NCBI RefSeq assembly: GCF_000621645.1
Contig: NZ_JHXR01000010.1
Span: 162,167-194,166 of the forward strand
Reading direction: 5' to 3'
Length of the DNA stretch: 32,000 nt
Source: Vibrio cholerae ATCC 14035
GTDB lineage: Bacteria > Pseudomonadota > Gammaproteobacteria > Enterobacterales > Vibrionaceae
Part shown: positions 8,116-16,565 of the stretch, piece after piece
Numbering within the stretch: position 1 is the stretch's first letter
Layout of the letters: each line of letters opens with the position of its first letter
Position numbers and translations under genes: made by a program
Notes under the pieces: generated by a model
The model's database searches: none
What the model saw: only the letters and a program-made list of their open reading frames with translations
What the model was told of the DNA's origin: nothing

Positions 8116-8865
8116 TACCAGATGCCAACGTCGTAACCACGGCTTAAAACGTGGGTGTTGCAATGGATATTGCTGCGGAACCAATAAGTACAATACGCCG
8201 ACCAGCAAAGCCGCACCAAGCAGATCCACCGGATGGTGCATACCAAGCCACAATCGACTATACGCCACTCCGCTCACCCAAATCAGCAGCGCACCGAGAC
8301 TGAGATAGTGCTTTTTTTCCGCTAATAAGCTACCAAAATAGAGCAAACAGACCATGGCAAACACCGTGTGCCCAGATGGGAAAGAAAAATCCGTTTCCCC
8401 TTGCCAGTGCATCACCCGCCAAGGGCTCACTTTCTCTTCCATCGCCAACATTAAGGCTTCTTGCTTGGGTTGCGCTAACTTATAGAAATGGCCAGCATTA
8501 GGCAGCAGTAAGGATTGGGTCATCAGTTCAGTGTATGGCCTCGGCTCTTGAGTAACCGCTTTCATCCCCATTTTTAGCACCATGGCCAAGCCAAGTAACA
8601 GCATTAATTGAATGGATTTATTCAGCCATTGATGACGAGGAATGTGGCAACGCCACCCAACCCAGCACACCAAAAAAAACAATGTGAATAGAAAGCCCTC
8701 TTTGCCTGCAGAATGCGTTAAGTACGTCATGACACGGCCAACTGAATCACTTACAGGTTGCGTAAAATCCAGCTGCAGCGACAACAGGGTTAAAGGAATT
8801 AATAGAAGGACAAACGTCAGCAGTAAAATCAAGGCACGTTTGCAGCTCATGATGCGTGCTTTCAT
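8113..8865 (-). CDS. pgpB: PAP2-family lipid phosphatase, PgpB-like (phosphatidylglycerophosphatase B / C55-PP phosphatase type)
   Basis: All three PAP2 motifs are present: KAVTQEPRP, FPSGHT and SRLWLGMHHPVD. WQGETDFSFPSGHT parallels E. coli PgpB WQKETGFAFPSGHT. I place the start at ATG 8865 because GGAG lies 7 nt upstream, giving 250 aa. The track's 274-aa form from 8937 is probably over-extended. Confidence 0.75.
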   Translation of the reverse strand: MKARIMSCKRALILLLTFVLLLIPLTLLSLQLDFTQPVSDSVGRVMTYLTHSAGKEGFLFTLFFLVCWVGWRCHIPRHQWLNKSIQLMLLLGLAMVLKMGMKAVTQEPRPYTELMTQSLLLPNAGHFYKLAQPKQEALMLAMEEKVSPWRVMHWQGETDFSFPSGHTVFAMVCLLYFGSLLAEKKHYLSLGALLIWVSGVAYSRLWLGMHHPVDLLGAALLVGVLYLLVPQQYPLQHPRFKPWLRRWHLV

Positions 8866-9094
8866 AACCATACTCCACCCGAACACAGTATGCGCATTGT
8901 AGAAAACCTCTGTCCGGTAATGCCAATATCGTGTCAATTTGCTGGAAAAAAACGTTCATTTTCCCCTTCGGTTTGCCACTAAATTTATTAACCCCTATAT
9001 AACAATAATGTAACTAAATTTTTCATGCCTAGGTTGGATAGTAGAAAAAGCTTTGCCTATAGTTTGGATTAGTCACCAGATAAGGAGAATGAAC

Positions 9095-9925
9095 ATGGTG
9101 AAAAACACAATGCTCAACCGTTTAAATGAGCTACCAAGACTGTCTAAAGTTCTGCAAGAATTGCTGGATATGGCCAATCAGCCTGATGTGGATTTTCATC
9201 AGCTCAGCAAAAAAATCACGCTGGATCAAATCCTGACGGCGCGTTTGCTCCGCATGGCTAATTCTGCTTATTTTGGTGGTAACGGACATATCGCTACCGT
9301 AAACGATGCCATCATCCGAGTCGGCATTGAGTCGGTTCGTACTCTTGTTGTTGCTTCCGTCCTCTCCAGTACTTTTCCAAAAATTGAGACTCTCGATCTG
9401 AATGATTACTGGACCAATACCTTTGAAACAGCGTTAATTGCCAGCAAGATTGCCGAACAAGTCGGTTTGGATAAGTCAGAAACGTTTACCACAGGCGTGC
9501 TGCATAACATTGGCGAACTCATGATTCATACTTTGATGCCCACCGAGGCCTCACTGATCCAACAGAAAATCGCCCAAGGCATGGATCCGCTCAGCGCTCA
9601 AGAAGAGGTCTTAGGTATTTCAGCGCCTCGCATTGGTGCGATGTTGGCAAAAGAGTGGAAATTCCCTTCGGAAATGGTTGATGCCATTAAACATTTTGAT
9701 GAACCCCGTGAAGCCGAAATCTCCCCCAAACTGGCGGTGGCGATTCACTTTGCCCGCGATATTAACTTCAGTTGGGACAAGCTCACGGAAAGCAAAGAGA
9801 AATCGATCTACCTTGCTGACCATCCTGACTCGCGTTTACTCAGCATTTCTGCTGCCTTCCAATCCACCATTGATCGGGTACGCGGCAATGGAAAGGAGTT
9901 AGCCACACAGATGATGGCGGCCTAA
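9095..9925 (+). CDS. HDOD-domain signalling protein
   Basis: The HDOD signatures are present: LPRLSKVLQELLDM...LLRMANSAYFG...IIRVGIESVRTLV...GVLHNIGELMI. I place the start at ATG 9095 because AAGGAG lies 7 nt upstream; the track's TTG start at 9053 is unlikely. Confidence 0.85.
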   Translation: MVKNTMLNRLNELPRLSKVLQELLDMANQPDVDFHQLSKKITLDQILTARLLRMANSAYFGGNGHIATVNDAIIRVGIESVRTLVVASVLSSTFPKIETLDLNDYWTNTFETALIASKIAEQVGLDKSETFTTGVLHNIGELMIHTLMPTEASLIQQKIAQGMDPLSAQEEVLGISAPRIGAMLAKEWKFPSEMVDAIKHFDEPREAEISPKLAVAIHFARDINFSWDKLTESKEKSIYLADHPDSRLLSISAAFQSTIDRVRGNGKELATQMMAA

Positions 9926-9963
9926 AAAAACATCCCAAGAAGAGGCTGGTTCTTCTTGGGATG
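9924..9963 (-). terminator. Rho-independent terminator of phoX; the hairpin is shared with the convergent HDOD gene
   Basis: The stem is 13 bp, CATCCCAAGAAGA/TCTTCTTGGGATG. On the minus strand it is followed by T7 (the plus-strand A-run at 9924-9930). Confidence 0.7.
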
Positions 9964-9984
9964 AAAAGGGCAATTGATAACGCT

Positions 9985-11859
9985 TTATGCGCCGATGACA
10001 CCGCCGTCTTCACGGGTGATCATCATGATGGTTGAACGAGGTTTGCTTGTACCACCGTAAGGGAAATGCGATGGAGCAGCCTCTTCACCCGGATGCTGAA
10101 CACCAACAAACATGGTTTTGTGATCAGGGCTGAAGGTTAATCCCGTGATCTCACACGCAATAGGACCTGTTAAGAAGCGTTTCACTTCACCTGTGATTGG
10201 GTCACCACACAGCATTTGGTTATTCCCCTGCCCAGCAAAATCACCTTGGTTAGAGTAGTTACCATCGGTTTGGATCCACAAGCGACCTGCAGTGTCAAAA
10301 CCAATCCCATCAGGGCTGTTAAACATATTGTCAGCCGAAATGTTTTCGCTACCTGCGTACAGGGTGCCTTTGTGAACGGTTGGATTACCTGCAATTAAGT
10401 AGAGGTCCCAAGCGAACACATCACTGGTGTGATCACCCTGTGCTGGCATCCAACGAACGATCTGCCCGTAGTTATTCTTCTCGCGTGGATTCGGGCCACC
10501 AACAGGTTGACCTTCTTTGCCACGGTTTTTGTTGTTGGTGAGCGTACAGAACACATGCTTTTTATCAGGATGCACGGCCACCCATTCTGGTCGATCCATG
10601 GTCGTTGCGCCCACTTGGGTCGCCGCACGACGAGCAAAAATCAGCACTTCGGCTTGATCTTTAAATCCGTTTTCAGGAGTGAGGCCATTCTTGCCAAAGC
10701 TCAGCTCCATCCAGCGTCCGCTGCCTTTCAGTTCGTTTTCATTGATATCGAACTTAGCGACATACAAGGTGCCCTCTTCCAGCAGATTACGGTTTTGCTG
10801 ATCATTACCGGCTTGATAGCGATGCTTGGAAACGAATTTATACAGATGTTCGCCGCGTTCATCATCACCAAGATAAACCACCACATGGCCATCATTATTA
10901 ATCACCAGTGCCGCATTTTCATGTTTAAAACGACCAAGAGCGGTACGTTTCAGTGGTGTAGAGTTCGGATTATGTGGATCAATTTCCACAACCCAACCAA
11001 AGCGGTTTGGCTCTTTAGGGTTCTTGGTTATGTCGAAACGCGCATCGTGCTTATGCCATTGGTAATCACTAGGTTCAGCAGCAATTCCGTAACGCTTCTG
11101 ATCAGCATCGACACTGCCTTCTTGGTCCGCACCAAAGAAATCATCGAAGTTTTCTTCACAAGTGAGGTAAGTGCCCCAAGGAGTTTCACCATTCGCACAG
11201 TTATTGAAAGTACCCAGCACTTTTAATCCGCTAGGATCTTCAGCCGTTTTCAGCAGATCATGGCCTGCAGCAGGACCGGTCATCATCATTGGTGTATAAG
11301 CGGTGATCCGACGATTACGTTCACCTTGACGGTCTACCATCCACTGACCATTTTTACGTACCACTTCAACAATGGTGACACCGACTGCCGCTTGCGCTTT
11401 ACGTACGTCATCCGCCGTCATCGCTTTACCTTGATGATCAAACAGATACTCGTAATTGGTGTATTCATTGTTGATCGCGAGCACACCGCGATCTTCGCTG
11501 ATCGGGAAAAAGCTCATGCCATCCGTATTATCGCCAAACTGCTTCTCTTGTGCTTTTGAGTCTTGCTTGCCGCTTTGGTCAAATTCTGGCGCATTCGCAA
11601 AAATAGGATCGCCCCAAGACATGAGTGGAGTGGCTTTATAGCCTTTAGGCACAATCACTTTATCTTCTGTTGACACAGGGATTGCTGAGAAATTCAGTAG
11701 GTTTGATGTGGCAGGCGCAGCCACCGCACTCGCAACCGGATTTAAGGCTAAAAACGCGCCGGCACTCACTGCCGCACTGCCCGCCAAAAAATGGCGTCTA
11801 GACAGTTGCGCTTCAATCATTTCACTAAACTGGGATTCTTGCTCATCACGCTTCCACAT
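9985..11859 (-). CDS. phoX: PhoX-family alkaline phosphatase, Tat-exported
   Basis: The ORF is 624 aa. It has a twin-arginine signal (SRRHFLAGSAAVSAGAFLAL). The beta-propeller PhoX body includes GTFNNCANGETPWGTYLTCEEN and MDRPEWVAV. I recall it as V. cholerae PhoX (VCA0033). Confidence 0.9.
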   Translation of the reverse strand: MWKRDEQESQFSEMIEAQLSRRHFLAGSAAVSAGAFLALNPVASAVAAPATSNLLNFSAIPVSTEDKVIVPKGYKATPLMSWGDPIFANAPEFDQSGKQDSKAQEKQFGDNTDGMSFFPISEDRGVLAINNEYTNYEYLFDHQGKAMTADDVRKAQAAVGVTIVEVVRKNGQWMVDRQGERNRRITAYTPMMMTGPAAGHDLLKTAEDPSGLKVLGTFNNCANGETPWGTYLTCEENFDDFFGADQEGSVDADQKRYGIAAEPSDYQWHKHDARFDITKNPKEPNRFGWVVEIDPHNPNSTPLKRTALGRFKHENAALVINNDGHVVVYLGDDERGEHLYKFVSKHRYQAGNDQQNRNLLEEGTLYVAKFDINENELKGSGRWMELSFGKNGLTPENGFKDQAEVLIFARRAATQVGATTMDRPEWVAVHPDKKHVFCTLTNNKNRGKEGQPVGGPNPREKNNYGQIVRWMPAQGDHTSDVFAWDLYLIAGNPTVHKGTLYAGSENISADNMFNSPDGIGFDTAGRLWIQTDGNYSNQGDFAGQGNNQMLCGDPITGEVKRFLTGPIACEITGLTFSPDHKTMFVGVQHPGEEAAPSHFPYGGTSKPRSTIMMITREDGGVIGA

Positions 11860-11946
11860 TGGGGGCTCCTTGACTTTATGTTTATATCCTGAGCATTCAG
11901 GTTAATTAGATGTTGCGCAAGAGTAGCTGCCCAAGATGACTGCTCG

Positions 11947-11975
11947 GTGAAATTTCTGTTGCTAAAACATGACAA
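11947..11975 (-). promoter_or_regulatory. Candidate Pho box upstream of phoX (weak)
   Basis: The minus strand reads TTGTCAT-GTTT-TAGCAAC-AGAA-ATTTCAC. These are 7-nt units at 11-nt periodicity. The first and third resemble CTGTCAT/C; the middle one is poor. The element lies about 90-115 nt upstream of the ATG. Confidence 0.3.
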
Positions 11976-12091
11976 TACAAAGAACGAGACTAAAGAGTTA
12001 TGCAACTTTTTAACTATCTCACTAGGCACACTCTAATAACTTGTACTACTTTTTCTCTAGCTGTCGCTCTTTAATCAACTGGTTGGATACC

Positions 12092-12210
12092 GAAACGACT
12101 TGAGTTTACTGGCCGGTGGCAAGTGAGAGCAGTGCTCTGCACGGGATCACTTTAATACGACGAGAAACGTGTATTCCACGGCCGATTCATGTCATGTAGA
12201 GGTAGAGAAC
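12092..12210 (+). repeat. Highly degenerate ERIC-like remnant
   Basis: AAACGACTTGAGTTTACTGGCCGGTGGCAAGTGAG aligns with the left arm of the ERIC copies (AAACAACTTGGAGTTGCAGGTAGGCGGCAAATGAG). It is closest to the 14504 copy. The right part is barely recognisable. Confidence 0.3.
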
Positions 12211-12267
12211 CTTTTTTAATACCACCACCCTACTTGGCACTATGCATCAAGTAGATAAGGAGTTTTT

Positions 12268-12828
12268 ATGCACAAATCTCTGGCACTCTTCATTCTTGCT
12301 AGCCTTCCGGTTATGGCCAACGACTACCAAGCCGAGCTCACTCAATACGTTCAAACTGAATTAAAGCAAATCTCTGCCGATCCGCTGATTATCGAAGCAA
12401 TAAAACTACAAAATGCGAAAAATGCTAACCTCACACAAAGTGAAATTGACCAATTGGATAAACAGTGGCGTGCTGAGGTGGGTCAAAGTGACACCCCAAT
12501 GATCCAGTCCGTATTGAATACGCCAGCCTCACAAAAGCTGATGGAGATTCAAAACGCCAGTAACGGCAAGATTACCGAAGTATTTGTAATGGATAATAAA
12601 GGCCTGAATGTTGCGCAGAGCGAAGTCACCTCTGACTATTGGCAGGGTGATGAAGCCAAATGGCAAAACACCTACTCAAAAGGCGTTGGAGCATTTGATA
12701 TCAGTGACATTGAAGAGGATGAATCCACACAGGTATTTCAAGCTCAAGTGAGTTATACCGTGGTAGATCCCAGTTCAGGCGAAGCTATTGGTGCTATCAC
12801 AGTCGGCATTAATGTTGACGCATTGTAA
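12268..12828 (+). CDS. Secreted stand-alone periplasmic sensor-like (PDC/Cache-fold-like) protein with no output domain
   Basis: There is a signal peptide (MHKSLALFILASLPVMA). The mature domain, ...ITEVFVMDNKGLNVAQSEVTSDYWQGDEAKWQNTY...AIGAITVGINVD, resembles extracytoplasmic sensor modules found at the N-termini of MCPs and GGDEF proteins. This fold assignment is from memory of the pattern only. Confidence 0.45.
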   Translation: MHKSLALFILASLPVMANDYQAELTQYVQTELKQISADPLIIEAIKLQNAKNANLTQSEIDQLDKQWRAEVGQSDTPMIQSVLNTPASQKLMEIQNASNGKITEVFVMDNKGLNVAQSEVTSDYWQGDEAKWQNTYSKGVGAFDISDIEEDESTQVFQAQVSYTVVDPSSGEAIGAITVGINVDAL

Positions 12829-12925
12829 TACTCCACCGAAATCCCAAGCTTGAAGTAGCAGACAATCTCACTGCGACTTCAACTCGATAAGGGATAAGAC
12901 TCATACACATTGGTTAGGTGAGCTT

Positions 12926-14491
12926 ATGAAGTTAAGCATTAGTCGTATTCTTTTGCTGAGTGTTTCTATTCTTTGCACCCTTGCGCTGTTGTCCCTGACT
13001 TATTTGACTTGGACGAAAAGCGTAAAAGAGATGAACACCATCAGTGCTGAAACTTTCGAGAAAACGTCACTTTCTCTGGCTGATAATATTGCGACTGCCG
13101 TTCGTTTTAATAAAACCAGCGCAATTTCGGAGCGGGTGGCCATTGAACTCAACGCAAATCCAGTTCAACTCAAAAATGTGTATACCTTCAACGCCAAGGG
13201 GCAAGTGCTGTATAACGCCAAAAATACTAGCGATACGGCCACCAGCCTGAATCAATGGGTAACTCAACCACCGTCCGATCAAGCTGTTCGCAAAAATACC
13301 GATGGCCATGAAGGGCTCCTAATTATCGTGCCGCTCAAAGCTGGGAAAAATGCAGATTTAGTCGGCTATCTCGTTACAGAATGGGGGTTCGATCAAGTTC
13401 AACAAGTCGCATCACAATTACGCAATCAAGCGTTTATGCTCAGTATTGGCTTTCTCTTAGTGACCTTAATAGCCATTTACTGGCTATTACAACGTACATT
13501 GATCGCACCTTTAAATGATTTAAAGGTGCTTTGTCATGCTCTGGCAAGCGGTAGTTGTGACCTAAGCTCACGAATCAACTTTCGTAAGGACAATGAGCTC
13601 GGTCAACTGGCTAATGCCATTGATGATTTTATCGCAAAAGTGGAAAGCACCTTTGCACCTATCAAAGACCGAATCGTGGAAGTCACGGATGTCAGCCACA
13701 AAGTTGAGCAACAAATTGGTCGTTTAGAGCACAACATACATAATCAACAGAGTGAAATTTCCAATTCAGTCGCTATCGGTCATCAAAGCCAAGACAGCAT
13801 CAAAGCGGTGACAGAGAGTATTTATGCCGCCTCCGAGTCTTTAAAACAGGCTGTCACCAGCAGTGAAGACAGCAAAGCTCAGCTCCGCGAGGCGCAAACC
13901 CAAAATCAACAACTGGTCGAAAAAGCAGAAATCACCACAAAAACCGCGACAGAATTGAATACACAAGTCGAAAAAGTGACCGATATCTTACAAATGATCC
14001 GCAGTATCGCCGAGCAAACCAACCTTTTGGCACTGAATGCCGCCATTGAGGCAGCCAGAGCAGGAGAAAATGGCCGCGGTTTTGCCGTCGTAGCCGATGA
14101 GGTGCGCCACTTGGCTGAAAAAACGTCCGCTTCAACCAATCAAGTTGAAACGCTATTAACTCAGCTCTCGGGTTACTCAAGAAACCTGATTGGCTACATG
14201 GAAGAGAGCTTGGTAGCGGCGAGAAATTGCGTAGCGGCGATTGAAAGCGGTTCAAATTTGGTCGATAAAGCGATTATCGATGTTAATCAAGCCAATAGCA
14301 CCAACCAAAATGCAGTGCATGATAGCGAGCAGCAGAATCGTTTAGTTGAACAACTGCTCGAGCAACTGCGTTTGTTGGACAACCATGCCCGTGAACTATT
14401 AACGGATAGCGCAACGATAAGTGAGCACAGTAAAGAGCTACTCCGCTCCGCAAGCCAGACCCGCAGTAACCTCAAGCAACTTTCACATTAA
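12926..14491 (+). CDS. Methyl-accepting chemotaxis protein
   Basis: The ORF is 521 aa. The layout is TM1, a periplasmic domain of about 140 aa, TM2 ([20 protein letters not shown]), a HAMP domain, then the conserved hairpin tip [40 protein letters not shown]. Confidence 0.92.
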   Translation: MKLSISRILLLSVSILCTLALLSLTYLTWTKSVKEMNTISAETFEKTSLSLADNIATAVRFNKTSAISERVAIELNANPVQLKNVYTFNAKGQVLYNAKNTSDTATSLNQWVTQPPSDQAVRKNTDGHEGLLIIVPLKAGKNADLVGYLVTEWGFDQVQQVASQLRNQAFMLSIGFLLVTLIAIYWLLQRTLIAPLNDLKVLCHALASGSCDLSSRINFRKDNELGQLANAIDDFIAKVESTFAPIKDRIVEVTDVSHKVEQQIGRLEHNIHNQQSEISNSVAIGHQSQDSIKAVTESIYAASESLKQAVTSSEDSKAQLREAQTQNQQLVEKAEITTKTATELNTQVEKVTDILQMIRSIAEQTNLLALNAAIEAARAGENGRGFAVVADEVRHLAEKTSASTNQVETLLTQLSGYSRNLIGYMEESLVAARNCVAAIESGSNLVDKAIIDVNQANSTNQNAVHDSEQQNRLVEQLLEQLRLLDNHARELLTDSATISEHSKELLRSASQTRSNLKQLSH

Positions 14492-14503
14492 GATGAGTGT
14501 TAT

Positions 14504-14590
14504 AAACCAACGACTTGGGGTTACTGGTAGGCGGGAAGTGAGTTCATCCCTACGAACTTAGATACACTCTATGATTCGGTTGAACGCATC
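14504..14590 (+). repeat. Degenerate, truncated ERIC-like repeat
   Basis: AACGACTTGGGGTTACTGGTAGGCGGGAAGTGAGTTCATCCCT aligns with copy 24155-24276 with about 7 mismatches in 43 nt. The similarity then decays. It lies between convergent genes. Confidence 0.55.
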
Positions 14591-14611
14591 AATCACGCCA
14601 AGAAGAAAGCG

Positions 14612-15448
14612 CTATGCTGCATGCACCAAGTGTGGAGCCAAATTTATCAATTCATCGACAATTTCTTTGGCCTGCTTTGAGTAAATTAGCTTATCTTTTG
14701 CGCCAACCAACTGGATGTAACGAACTTTGCCAGACAGTATCATTTGTCGCAGGACACGTAATACCACTTGATTGTCCAGAACCTTATGGGTTTCCAAACC
14801 GTTCCCAGGGACTAAAGAAGCAAGGTCAATATTGATCACCAACTGCTCACAGTGTTCGATATAAACACTCAGTTGGGCTTTGAGTTGAGTGCGATTTAAA
14901 AAACCGCACTCTTCATGACTGACCCAATCGCACCCCAGATCCTCGGCATACTCTAAGGTCTGGGCGTGGGTGTGCTCTGTATCAATCCCAATACAAAACA
15001 GCTTAGCTTGTGCAAAGCGCGATAAAGCAAAGTGAAAAGCGCTGCCCACTTGCAAATCCAGTGTTTGCTTAAGTTCAAAGCCATGTCCGATATGCACCAT
15101 TCCTACACTGGCACCGTCTTGCGTTAACGCAGGCAAACTGTGCAAGAGAATTTCATGGCAGTTAGCAAAAGCAACAGGAATAACTCCCAACGCCACGGAT
15201 TGATTCAAGGCTTGTTGGTATTTAGCCTGAGTTTGGCCATCCAACACATAATGACTGGCATCGGCGTATTTCGGCGTAGATTGCTGCTGATACAACCAAT
15301 CTGAAGCGACATCCAAGCTTTGCTGCGCAAACTCAAACTCTACCAGCGACATCGGCTTTACGCGCTGACACACGGTCATAAAGCCAAACGTAGACGTTGG
15401 ATGACTGGATGTACGATGTAAACGGTAGCGTTTGAATAAGCTAAGCAT
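14612..15448 (-). CDS. Arginase/ureohydrolase-fold (formiminoglutamase-like) protein with substituted metal-ligand motifs
   Basis: The protein is collinear with the ureohydrolase layout, but the motifs are altered. GGxH becomes ANCHE, (I)DAHxD becomes IGHGFE, and S(I)DxDxxDP becomes NIDLASLVP. I place the start at ATG 15448, 6 nt after the iclR stop with AAAGG upstream. Confidence 0.55.
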   Translation of the reverse strand: MLSLFKRYRLHRTSSHPTSTFGFMTVCQRVKPMSLVEFEFAQQSLDVASDWLYQQQSTPKYADASHYVLDGQTQAKYQQALNQSVALGVIPVAFANCHEILLHSLPALTQDGASVGMVHIGHGFELKQTLDLQVGSAFHFALSRFAQAKLFCIGIDTEHTHAQTLEYAEDLGCDWVSHEECGFLNRTQLKAQLSVYIEHCEQLVINIDLASLVPGNGLETHKVLDNQVVLRVLRQMILSGKVRYIQLVGAKDKLIYSKQAKEIVDELINLAPHLVHAA

Positions 15449-15454
15449 GATCAA

Positions 15455-16189
15455 TTACCTTTCTGGTGGCAACGCCCGTGCGGCTTGCAATACATGTAAA
15501 ATTATCCGTTGCTTGTTGCTTTCGACTCGGTGGGCTGGAGCCATCACCGAAATTGCACCAATCAACTTACTCCCTTTCATCACCGGAGCACTGATCCCCG
15601 AAACACCGGGATCAATTTCAGAGGTACTCACGGCATATCCATGACGACGTATTTTTTCAAACTCGCTCTGCCACTTGTCTAACGTCGGATCTTCGCCAAA
15701 ATAACGCAGGATCTTTTCACAACGAGCTGCAGGCATGTACGCCAACATTACTTTAGATGAGGCACCTCGAAGCAGTGGTTGACTTTGACCCTGGACGAAG
15801 CTGCATCGAAGCGCCTGCATACTTTCTCTTTGGCTAACGCATAGGGCTCGATAACCGACAGGCACCATATACGCGGCCATTTCCCCAGTCTGTTTTTGTA
15901 GACGACTTAACACAGCTTCAACCGCATCGAGGTTATGTTGGCTGGTTTCGTAACTTCTCATCAGCAGCAATGCCGCTGGACCGATGATCAAGGTTTTGTC
16001 GTGCGGGCTCTCTTCAATCAAGTTCCACTCTTTCAGCAGCTTCAAATGTCGATACAGGCTACTGAGCGGTACTTGCAGTTGTTCACTGAGTCCTTTTGCA
16101 GAGACTGGTTCTGGGTTTACTGCGACTTGCATCAGCAATTGCAGTGATTTTTCATTAACTTGGTTTGCTGAAATCTTTGTTTCGTTCAT
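15455..16189 (-). CDS. IclR-family transcriptional regulator
   Basis: The ORF is 244 aa. It has an N-terminal winged helix-turn-helix (LSEQLQVPLSSLYRHLKLLKEWNLIEE) and a C-terminal IclR effector domain (GISAPVMKGSKLIGAISVMAP). Confidence 0.85.
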   Translation of the reverse strand: MNETKISANQVNEKSLQLLMQVAVNPEPVSAKGLSEQLQVPLSSLYRHLKLLKEWNLIEESPHDKTLIIGPAALLLMRSYETSQHNLDAVEAVLSRLQKQTGEMAAYMVPVGYRALCVSQRESMQALRCSFVQGQSQPLLRGASSKVMLAYMPAARCEKILRYFGEDPTLDKWQSEFEKIRRHGYAVSTSEIDPGVSGISAPVMKGSKLIGAISVMAPAHRVESNKQRIILHVLQAARALPPER

Positions 16190-16482
16190 GTGTGCTTTTT
16201 AGCCTTTAATGGTGGGCACCTCAAATCTTGATTCTTGTATATCGAGAAATAGAGAAGAATTAAAGGATTGCATTCCCAATCAGTGAGAATGAGAGAGAAA
16301 TTGAGCAAATTAACCAGAAAAATAAGGCTGACTCAGTCCAAAAACAAAGCCTGTTCAACGCAGCGACGCCTCTTTTGCTTTGCCGCTGTTTGTATTTTGG
16401 GGAAAGGGTCGCATCACGCTATTCCCTTATCCACCAAGAGAATGGCAATTCCCTTTACGACGAATGTATGGCGAGAATATAC

Positions 16483-16516
16483 CAATAGAAAGAGGCTCTA
16501 CCTATGCAGAGCCTCT
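16483..16516 (-). terminator. Terminator downstream of chiA2
   Basis: The stem is 9 bp, AGAGGCTCT/AGAGCCTCT, with an 8-nt loop. On the minus strand it is followed by TTCTATT. Confidence 0.55.
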
Positions 16517-16565
16517 CTTATCTGTTGAGAATCGTTACGTCTGAGGTCAGCTCAGATGCAGCCGA

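Noticed and set aside
3925-8865. A possible functional cluster for undecaprenyl-phosphate recycling (DUF368 translocase plus PgpB-like C55-PP phosphatase)
   Set aside because: The two genes are 3.3 kb apart on opposite strands, separated by the copper operon and sstT. There is no sign of co-regulation, so the proximity is probably coincidental.
10429-11226. A 265-aa plus-strand ORF, plus several 60-100-aa ORFs, antisense to phoX
   Set aside because: It lies entirely inside the strongly supported phoX frame. It has no RBS and its sequence is low-complexity (I/F/T-rich) with no recognisable motif. This is a typical shadow ORF.
12234-12248. TTGGCAC, a sigma-54 -24-like element, upstream of the periplasmic sensor-like gene
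   Set aside because: The downstream GC is at the wrong spacing: TGGCACTATGCATC puts GC after 6 nt rather than 10 nt. It does not fit -24/-12 geometry.
15490-15501. ATACATGTAAAA, which resembles a chromosome II parS2 (TTTACA-N-TGTAAA)
   Set aside because: Only the right half-site is present, the palindrome is incomplete, and it lies inside the iclR coding sequence. No other parS2-like, RctB iteron-like or origin-like motif was seen.
16268-16528. An 86-aa ORF in the iclR-chiA2 spacer
   Set aside because: It has no Shine-Dalgarno sequence, is basic and low-complexity, and runs through the chiA2 terminator hairpin. The region is more plausibly the iclR promoter plus the chiA2 3' UTR.
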